Part shown: positions 13,095-19,909 of the stretch, piece by piece | How positions within the stretch are numbered: the stretch's first letter is position 1 | How the letters are laid out: each line of letters begins with the position of its first letter | Translations under genes and position numbers: made by a program | The notes under the pieces: generated by a model | Database searches by the model: none | What the model was told of the DNA's origin: nothing | The model's input: the letters and a program-made list of their open reading frames with translations, nothing else | Origin: Candidatus Saganbacteria bacterium | GTDB taxonomy: Bacteria > Margulisbacteria > WOR-1 > JAKLHX01 | Direction of reading: 5' to 3' | Assembly: GCA_026387835.1 (NCBI GenBank) | Contig: JAPLKZ010000007.1 | Location: 95,284 to 127,283, forward strand | DNA: 32,000 bases

Positions 13095-13511
13095 ATGGAA
13101 AACATAAAAGCCCATTTATTACTGGCGCTGAAATTGATAATGGACGCGGTCTCGATCGCGGCGGCATATGTCCTGTCATATTATATAAAATTCGGTTTCT
13201 CGTCTAATCCGGACAAATTCATATCAACATACCTGAAATACCTGTTTTTTTTGATAATTATGTGGCTGGTCATCCTTAATCTTCTCGGATTGTTCAAGCC
13301 CTACGGCCAGCAAACATCCTGGCTGAATAAACTTAAGATCATAGTGATCGCCGGAATAATATCCACAGCGCTTAATTATCTCGTGGTCTGGTTTTTTTAT
13401 AAAGAAGCGATCTTTTCGCTGTCTGTCATACTGCTCGGCTCAATAATATCGGCCGTTCTTTTGACGGCGACTTCTTTCGTCATCCACATATTTTCTTCAA
13501 AGCTGCATTAG
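13095..13511 (+). CDS. Small 4-TM membrane protein resembling the N-terminal membrane domain of WbaP-type phosphoglycosyltransferases
   Basis: 138 aa with four hydrophobic segments. The start LKLIMDAVSIAAAYVLSYYIKFGF parallels CDVLIIIFSFSAGHYLKQGF at the N-terminus of the 457-aa sugar transferase (15868..). No catalytic domain. Confidence 0.5.
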   Translation: MENIKAHLLLALKLIMDAVSIAAAYVLSYYIKFGFSSNPDKFISTYLKYLFFLIIMWLVILNLLGLFKPYGQQTSWLNKLKIIVIAGIISTALNYLVVWFFYKEAIFSLSVILLGSIISAVLLTATSFVIHIFSSKLH

Positions 13512-13522
13512 GACCATATGTT

Positions 13523-14641
13523 ATGCGCATAGCCATTAATGCGGGTCTCTTGTCGGAGCGGGCCTTCGGCATCAGGACATATCTGGAGAACCTTGTCAGG
13601 GCGCTTCTTGTAATCGACGGCAAGAACCGGTATTTCCTGCTGGCAGGCGGTGATGATATCGCGCGTCCGGCCGGCAATGCAAGCGTGGTAAAGCCCGCCT
13701 GGGCATTAAACAATTATTTTTTGCGCAACCTGTGGGAGCAGACAGCGCTGCCGCTCCTGCTTGACAGGATCTCACCCGATATATTCCACAGTCCCGACCA
13801 TATACTGCCGCTGATGCCGGCAAAAGGAAGAAAGGTCATAACCGTCCACGACCTGGCTTTTTTCAGGCTGCCGGGCGCTTATTCGTTAAGAAAAAGGGCC
13901 TTCAAGCATCTGATAACGCCGGTAACGGTCAGGCGGGCCGACAGGATCATCGCGGATTCGGATAACACTAAGAAGGATATCATCGAATATTTCGGGACGG
14001 ACCCGGAAAAGATCGACGTGATCCATCTCGGGGTCGGGGAAGAGTTCAAGGTCATCAGTGATGAGGCGGCGCTGGGGCGCGCGCGCGAAAAATACGGACT
14101 GAACAGACCGTTCATCATGTTCGTCGGCACGATCGAGCCCAGAAAGAACATCAAAAGGCTGGTGGAAGCTTTTATTTCAGCCGTGAAAGACAAAAAGATA
14201 AGCGAAGACCTTGTCATAGTCGGCAATAATGGCTGGCTGTTTAAAGATATCCTCAGTTTCATAAAAGAACAGGGCATGGGAAGGGTGAAGATCATTGATT
14301 CTATGCGGCAGGAAGACCTTCCTCTGGTCTATAACTGCGCCGAACTTTTCATCTATCCGTCGCTTTACGAAGGATTCGGGCTGCCTCCGCTTGAGGCGAT
14401 GGCGTGTGGCGTGCCGACAGTAACATCAAACACTTCCTCTTTGCCGGAGGTCGTAGGCGACGCCGCGATCAAGGTGAACCCGTGCAATACGGGCAATATT
14501 TCAGACGCGATAGTCCAGGTGCTATCGGACCCTCGGATCAAAAAGAGCCTGTCGGAAAAAGGGCTCGAGAGGGCAAAGCTGTTCACATGGGAAGCCGCGG
14601 CAAGACGGACAATAGCAACTTATGAAAAGGTTTTAAGATGA
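13523..14641 (+). CDS. Family 4 (group 1) glycosyltransferase
   Basis: YEGFGLPPLEAMACGVPTVTSNTSSLPEVVG (EX7E) GT-B motif. Confidence 0.8.
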   Translation: MRIAINAGLLSERAFGIRTYLENLVRALLVIDGKNRYFLLAGGDDIARPAGNASVVKPAWALNNYFLRNLWEQTALPLLLDRISPDIFHSPDHILPLMPAKGRKVITVHDLAFFRLPGAYSLRKRAFKHLITPVTVRRADRIIADSDNTKKDIIEYFGTDPEKIDVIHLGVGEEFKVISDEAALGRAREKYGLNRPFIMFVGTIEPRKNIKRLVEAFISAVKDKKISEDLVIVGNNGWLFKDILSFIKEQGMGRVKIIDSMRQEDLPLVYNCAELFIYPSLYEGFGLPPLEAMACGVPTVTSNTSSLPEVVGDAAIKVNPCNTGNISDAIVQVLSDPRIKKSLSEKGLERAKLFTWEAAARRTIATYEKVLR

Positions 14642-15735
14642 CGATGAAAGTCGCGTTGGTCCATGACTGGCTGACGGGTATGGGCGGCGCGGAAAGGGTC
14701 CTGGAGGACCTGTGCGGGATCTTTCCGGAAGCTCCGGTATATACTTCCGTCTGCGATAAAGACAGACTTTCCGATACTCTGAGAAAAAAAGATATAAGGA
14801 CATCGTTCATCCAAAAACTCCCTTTCGCAAAGCAAAGATACAGGGATTATCTGCCCCTGATGCCTTTTGCTTTTGAAAGTTTTGATCTGAAAGGATATGA
14901 TCTGGTCATATCTTCCTCGCATGCCTGCGCCAAGGGTGTGATGACCGGGCCGAACACCTGCCATATCTGCTACTGCTATACGCCCATGAGATACGCGTGG
15001 GACATGTACCATGAATACCTGAGGTTCGAAAAAGTCAGGGGTTTAAAGAGGCTGCTTGCCCCCCTGGCGATGCTGTACTTAAGGACATGGGACAGGATAA
15101 GCTCTAAAAGAGCGGACCATTTCATAGCGATCTCCGATTTTGTCGCCGGGCGGATAAAAAAATATTACGGAAGGGAAAGTACGGTGATATATCCTCCGAT
15201 CGACGCGTCAAAGTTCAAACCGGCCGCGGGGACAGGCGGTTACTATCTCGCGGTCTCGCGCCTTGTACCGCAAAAAAGGACAGATATCGTCATCGAAGCT
15301 TTCAACAAACTCGGGTATCCGCTTAAAGTCATCGGAACGGGGCGGGATATGGCGGACCTGAAAGCTATCGCGGGTCCGAGCGTGGAAATGCTTGGTTTTG
15401 TAAGTGACCCCGAGCTGGCAGAATATCTGTCGGGGTGCAAAGCCCTGGTATTTGCCAGCCATGAAGATTTTGGCATCGTTCCTCTGGAGGCCCAGGCTTC
15501 GGGCAGGCCGGCGATAGTTTACGGTAAAGGCGGCGCAGGCGAGACCATCATTCCCGGTAAAACAGGTATAATATTTGAAGAGCAGACTCCAGGATCGATA
15601 ATCGATGCCGTGAAGAAATTTGAAAAGATGTCGTTTGACAGTGCAGCGATAAGAAAACATGCGGAAGATTATGATAAAGAGATATTTAAGAGGAAAATAA
15701 TAGAATTTGTTGAGGAGAAGATGGGGTGTAGGTAG
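14638..15735 (+). CDS. Family 4 (group 1) glycosyltransferase
   Basis: N-terminal KVALVHDWLTGMGGAERV and C-terminal HEDFGIVPLEAQASGRPAIVYGKGGAGETI. ATGA overlap with the upstream GT4. Confidence 0.8.
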   Translation: MTMKVALVHDWLTGMGGAERVLEDLCGIFPEAPVYTSVCDKDRLSDTLRKKDIRTSFIQKLPFAKQRYRDYLPLMPFAFESFDLKGYDLVISSSHACAKGVMTGPNTCHICYCYTPMRYAWDMYHEYLRFEKVRGLKRLLAPLAMLYLRTWDRISSKRADHFIAISDFVAGRIKKYYGRESTVIYPPIDASKFKPAAGTGGYYLAVSRLVPQKRTDIVIEAFNKLGYPLKVIGTGRDMADLKAIAGPSVEMLGFVSDPELAEYLSGCKALVFASHEDFGIVPLEAQASGRPAIVYGKGGAGETIIPGKTGIIFEEQTPGSIIDAVKKFEKMSFDSAAIRKHAEDYDKEIFKRKIIEFVEEKMGCR

Positions 15736-15849
15736 CCCTCACCCTTCCCTCTCCCAGAGGGAGAGGGCGTATTAGAATATGCAAATGGAATTATTCAATA
15801 AGCAATTGTTAACTCCCCCTCTCCCTACGGGAGAGGGTTGGGGTGAGGG
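15736..15849. repeat. Composite nested-palindrome intergenic element (REP/MITE-like), full copy
   Basis: CCCTCACCC(15736-44) tt CCCTCTCCC(15747-55) aga GGGAGAGGG(15759-67), then a 47-nt AT-rich core (15768-15814), then CCCTCTCCC(15817-25) tac GGGAGAGGG(15829-37) tt GGGGTGAGGG(15840-49). The outer 9-mers are perfect inverted repeats. Confidence 0.85.
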
Positions 15850-15867
15850 TCAAGAAAGGTAAATTTC

Positions 15868-17241
15868 ATGAACAGAAGAGGCTTTTTATTCAACCTGTTC
15901 GTAATATCCTGCGATGTCCTGATAATAATCTTTTCTTTCAGCGCGGGCCATTATCTGAAACAGGGTTTTCATATCCCTTTCGAGATGCTGGTGATCCAGA
16001 ACTCAAGGCTTCTGATATTCGCGGTATTTACGGTGCTTGTTTTTTTTAACCTGCTCTCCGTCTATTCCACATCGGTCAAGAGGTCCGAGTTTGACGAGGC
16101 TAGCGCGGTGGCTGCCGGCCTTACGCTCAGCATGGTCTTCTTTGAATTCATGACCATCTTTTACAGGGACCTTATCTTCAAAAGACTGATCATCTTCTAC
16201 GCCTGGCTGATCTCGATGGTCCTTATCGGAGCGGTCCATGTCGGTATAATAATCATCCAGAAAAAGGTCTTCAGCAGAGGCATAGGCATCCTCAGGATCA
16301 TGATCATCGGGCACGAGGAGGAACGGAAGCTGATATCGCAGAAGATAAAGGATCATCCGGAGATGGGGCTGCGCGCAGCGCATTCCATGGGCCCTGTAGA
16401 AGCCCTGTCAAACGCCATTGACCTGAGAAAAATATTCCGGCAGAACAGGATAAATAAGGTGATCTTTTCCGTGCCGGACGCTTCCAACGGGCAGATACTG
16501 GCCCTGATAGAAAAATGCGAGCTTGAGAAAGTGGAGTTCCAGTTCGTTCCCAGAGTGCTGGACATAATCGAATCAAGGATCAGCTCGGATGAGATAATAG
16601 GGATCCCCCTGATATCCGTCAGGGAGATAAAGCTGTACGGCGCCAATGCTTTCATCAAAAGGTGTTCGGACATCATCCTTTCAATAGTATTAGGCGCGGT
16701 ATTTTTCCCCGCGATGTTCATCATAGCGGTCCTGATAAAACTCGGCTCAAAAGGTCCCGTCTTTTACATGCAGAAAAGAGTGGGACGCGAAGGCAAAGAG
16801 TTCAAGATGTTCAAGTTCAGGTCGATGGTTATCGGTGCCGAAAAAGAGCTGGACAAGATCGCGCACAGGAACGAGGCGGACGGCCATATTTTCAAGATAA
16901 AGGACGATCCCAGGACCACAAGGATCGGAAAAGCGCTCCGCAGGTCAAGCCTTGATGAACTGCCGCAGATAATAAATGTCATCAGGGGGGAGATGAGCTT
17001 TGTAGGACCGCGGCCTCCGCTGCCGGATGAGGTGCAAAGATACAGCTCCTGGCACAAAAAACGGCTGCGCATAGCCCCAGGCCTCACCGGACTGTGGCAG
17101 GTGAGCGGAAGGAGCGGCCTGTCATTTGAGGACATGGTAAAGCTCGACATATTCTATATCGAGAACTGGTCCCTCTGGCTTGACGTAAAGATAATATTTA
17201 AGACGGTAGCCGTTGTCATGACCTCAAAGGGGGCGTACTGA
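15868..17241 (+). CDS. WbaP/EpsB-type polyprenyl glycosylphosphotransferase (bacterial sugar transferase, initiating enzyme)
   Basis: N-terminal 4-TM domain and a central linker. The C-terminal catalytic domain carries KMFKFRSM, DELPQIINVIRGEMSFVGPRPP and GLTGLWQVSGRS. AAAGG lies 7 nt upstream of the ATG. Confidence 0.88.
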   Translation: MNRRGFLFNLFVISCDVLIIIFSFSAGHYLKQGFHIPFEMLVIQNSRLLIFAVFTVLVFFNLLSVYSTSVKRSEFDEASAVAAGLTLSMVFFEFMTIFYRDLIFKRLIIFYAWLISMVLIGAVHVGIIIIQKKVFSRGIGILRIMIIGHEEERKLISQKIKDHPEMGLRAAHSMGPVEALSNAIDLRKIFRQNRINKVIFSVPDASNGQILALIEKCELEKVEFQFVPRVLDIIESRISSDEIIGIPLISVREIKLYGANAFIKRCSDIILSIVLGAVFFPAMFIIAVLIKLGSKGPVFYMQKRVGREGKEFKMFKFRSMVIGAEKELDKIAHRNEADGHIFKIKDDPRTTRIGKALRRSSLDELPQIINVIRGEMSFVGPRPPLPDEVQRYSSWHKKRLRIAPGLTGLWQVSGRSGLSFEDMVKLDIFYIENWSLWLDVKIIFKTVAVVMTSKGAY

Positions 17242-17243
17242 AC

Positions 17244-18986
17244 ATGGATATAAGGCACCTGATCTCGATGCTGCAGAAAAGATATGTTTTATTCCTCGCG
17301 GTGTTCGTATCCGTCCTGGCGCTTGGGATCATTGTCTCTTTTGTCGCGCGGCCCTCGTACCTGGCGACCTCAAAACTGATAGCGATGAGCGGGGACCTGC
17401 CGGTACTGTCGGATACTACGGTAAAACTGAACATTCCCAGGAGCAGCCTGATCGACTCGCAGATAGAGATGATAAAGGACAACGCGGTGATAAACGAGGT
17501 GATAAAGGAACTGGATATCAGGAACGTTACGGGAGACCTCGTCAGATCGGCCGATCTTCTGTCGCGTCTGAGCGTTCAGCAGCTGGAAGACACCGATATA
17601 ATACAGATAAAAGTACGGTCGCAGGACCCTGTCGAGGCGGCAAATATTGCGAATTCGGCCGCAAGGCAGTTCGTCAAGTGGACGCAGAAAATAGACAGGA
17701 TACAGGACGAATATACCGGCAGGTACATCGAAGAAAGCCTGAAGCAGATAAAATACAGGCAGTTCCTTCTGAGCAGGAAGATCACTGATCTGAAGAATAA
17801 AAAACTTATGTACCCCGTGCCGGAAGACCTGCATGAAGAAATACTCAAGCAGATCGAGCTTGAGGTCGAAAAAGCAAAAATAAACATGATATTGAAAGAG
17901 GAACAGTTAAGGCTGTTCATCACGGAAAACAATGATATCGTGAACACCCTCAAGAACAGGATACAGTTCCTTGACCGCGGCATAAGCGGCTTTGCGTCAA
18001 AGATCTCGCGGCTGCCCACAGGCGAGGCGGCCGGCGTGACGACCGAAAAAGAAGAAAAAGTGCTGAACAGCCTTTATGCCATGTTCTTCCAGAAAGGCAG
18101 CGAGCTGAAAGTATCGCAGGCGCTGAAGCAGGGAGGGGCGCGGATAATCTCTTATGCGGGGGCGGCTTCTTCGCAGCAAAGGCCGAGAAAAATATTCGTG
18201 TTTTTCGCGGGATTGATGCTTGCTTTTATTGTATCAGCGGGGACCGTATTTATGGCGGAGTATCTTGACCACTGCGTCAAGACGGGCGAAGAAGTCCGCA
18301 ACATCCTCAAGGTCCCGTTGATATGCGAGATACCTTTTAAAAAACCGGACGGGATGCGGTCCGCTATGAGCGCCGCAAAAAAAGACGCTGCGCTGAAGCA
18401 GGAAATATCCCGCCTCGCCGACTATCTTGACAGGAAGTTCGATGTCCTGAAAAAGACGGTCATCTTTTCGGGGGTGCCTGCCGATAAAGGCAAGGCTTTT
18501 GCCGCATTGAACCTTGCTGTGTCCGTCTCGCAAAGCGGCAGGAACGTCCTTGTCATCGATGCCGACAGTTCTTATCCCTGCGCCGATACGGTATTTGCCG
18601 TCAAATCGCTGCCCGGCCTGGGGGAAGTCATGTCAGGCGAAAAAGAGATCGGGCCCGAAGTCATAAGAAGCATTGAAAAAAACCTTTCCGTAATGACCTC
18701 AGGGGCTCCGGCAAAAGAGGAGCCGGGCCTGTTCGACCAGGAAAAAGTCAGGAACATACTCATGAGACTTAAAGAGGACTTTGACGAGGTGATCATCATC
18801 GGCCCGTGCCTTAAAGAAAAAATGGCGCTGATGAACCTGTTCCGGTTCGCGGAGGCCAACGTATTTGTGGTATCCCACGGGCATGCCCTGAGAGAGCAGG
18901 TCAGGGAGGCGTTCGAAATAGTTTCGACAGCCGGGGCAAAGACCGCGGGCGTTGTGTTCTCTCACGTAATATTCCCAAAAGCATAG
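17244..18986 (+). CDS. Polysaccharide co-polymerase (Wzz/GumC-type chain-length determinant) fused to a degenerate BY-kinase-like P-loop domain
   Basis: TM1 (VLFLAVFVSVLALGIIVSF), a long coiled-coil periplasmic region and TM2 (IFVFFAGLMLAFIVSAGTVFMAEYLD). The C-terminal domain has SGVPADKGKAF, VLVIDADSS and DEVIIIGPCL at the positions of Walker A, A' and B. Confidence 0.75.
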   Translation: MDIRHLISMLQKRYVLFLAVFVSVLALGIIVSFVARPSYLATSKLIAMSGDLPVLSDTTVKLNIPRSSLIDSQIEMIKDNAVINEVIKELDIRNVTGDLVRSADLLSRLSVQQLEDTDIIQIKVRSQDPVEAANIANSAARQFVKWTQKIDRIQDEYTGRYIEESLKQIKYRQFLLSRKITDLKNKKLMYPVPEDLHEEILKQIELEVEKAKINMILKEEQLRLFITENNDIVNTLKNRIQFLDRGISGFASKISRLPTGEAAGVTTEKEEKVLNSLYAMFFQKGSELKVSQALKQGGARIISYAGAASSQQRPRKIFVFFAGLMLAFIVSAGTVFMAEYLDHCVKTGEEVRNILKVPLICEIPFKKPDGMRSAMSAAKKDAALKQEISRLADYLDRKFDVLKKTVIFSGVPADKGKAFAALNLAVSVSQSGRNVLVIDADSSYPCADTVFAVKSLPGLGEVMSGEKEIGPEVIRSIEKNLSVMTSGAPAKEEPGLFDQEKVRNILMRLKEDFDEVIIIGPCLKEKMALMNLFRFAEANVFVVSHGHALREQVREAFEIVSTAGAKTAGVVFSHVIFPKA

Positions 18987-19000
18987 GAGATTTGAGGGGC

Positions 19001-19909
19001 ATGATAAAAGCGGGCGTCATAGGGACGGGTTTTATGGGGGAACTTCACTGCAAGGCCTACAGCGCGGCCAGTGAGGCGGACCTCGCTGGAATTTTTGATA
19101 CGGATAATAAAAGGGCTGCGGAGATCGCGGAGAAATATAAAACGGTCCCTTTCAGCGATCCGGAAAAGTTCCTGGAAGCGGTGGATATCGCAAGCATAGC
19201 CGTCCCGACAGTGCTTCACTTCAGATACGCAAAGATGTGCGCCGAAAAAAAAGTCCATACTCTCATAGAAAAACCGATAACCGCCACGACGCAGGAAGCC
19301 GGGGAGCTTATGAGATTGATCGACGCCTCGAACACAATATCCGCGGTAGGCTACATCGAGAGGTTCAACCCGGCCGTGACAGAACTTTTTAAAGCGCTGA
19401 AAGGAAAGAAAGTATTGTCCATAAAAGCATCAAGGCACGCGCCGCCTGCCGGGAGGGCGAACGACGTGAGCGTCGTGATAGACCTGATGCTCCATGACCT
19501 TGACATCGTCCTGAATATTGCAGGGTCAAGGCCGGTTGGCGTTGCGTCAAGAGGCGGAAAAGCAGGAGGCGAGGTCCTGAGTTCCGTAGATGCGGACATC
19601 ATCTTTGAGAACGCTGTAACAGCTGAACTTTCGGCCAGCAAAATAGCGCCCGAAAAATCGAGAACGATAGAGATCAAATGCGAGGACTGCGAGATCAATG
19701 CCGATCTGATAAAAAGGAATGTGACCGTAAGCAGGAACGGTTCTATCGTCGAAACGACACAAGCAAGAGGGGAAGAGCCGATAAAGGCGGAAGTGAATGA
19801 CTTTATCGAAAGCGTGATACTGCGCAGGAAGCCGGCCGTGAGTGCGAGGGATTCCCTGAATTCTTTTTATCTTGCGGCAGAAATAGAAAAAAAGTGCGTG
19901 CTATCTTAA
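19001..19909 (+). CDS. Gfo/Idh/MocA-family NAD(P)-dependent oxidoreductase (sugar-nucleotide dehydrogenase candidate)
   Basis: N-terminal IKAGVIGTGFMGELH Rossmann motif and the EKP motif (LIEKPITAT). I prefer ATG 19001, with AGGAGA at 18985-18990, over the TTG at 18992. Confidence 0.75.
   Translation: MIKAGVIGTGFMGELHCKAYSAASEADLAGIFDTDNKRAAEIAEKYKTVPFSDPEKFLEAVDIASIAVPTVLHFRYAKMCAEKKVHTLIEKPITATTQEAGELMRLIDASNTISAVGYIERFNPAVTELFKALKGKKVLSIKASRHAPPAGRANDVSVVIDLMLHDLDIVLNIAGSRPVGVASRGGKAGGEVLSSVDADIIFENAVTAELSASKIAPEKSRTIEIKCEDCEINADLIKRNVTVSRNGSIVETTQARGEEPIKAEVNDFIESVILRRKPAVSARDSLNSFYLAAEIEKKCVLS

Noticed and set aside
11950-13179. Very long antisense ORFs: 409 aa and 282 aa opposite the CapD/WbpM gene, 237 aa opposite trmH, 231 aa opposite the 29035 dehydrogenase, 228 aa opposite mutS and 214 aa opposite pheT.
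   Set aside because: Each lies fully inside, and antisense to, a gene with strong family motifs. Their translations are low-complexity (Ser/Pro/Ile-rich) with no motifs, starts or SDs. This is the usual stop-codon-poor antisense frame caused by codon bias, not overlapping genes.
15736-15849. Possibility that the GGGAGAGGG-containing repeats are a CRISPR array or remnant.
   Set aside because: The copies are dispersed, not tandem. They occur as inverted pairs forming hairpins, there are no regularly spaced unique spacers, and no cas genes are in the window.
15843-16049. A 68-aa ORF starting inside the palindromic repeat, and the 20-codon extension of pheT from 24457.
   Set aside because: Both begin within the GGGTGAGGG / GGAGAGG repeat arms. 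The downstream genes have canonical N-termini with their own SDs at 15868 and 24517.
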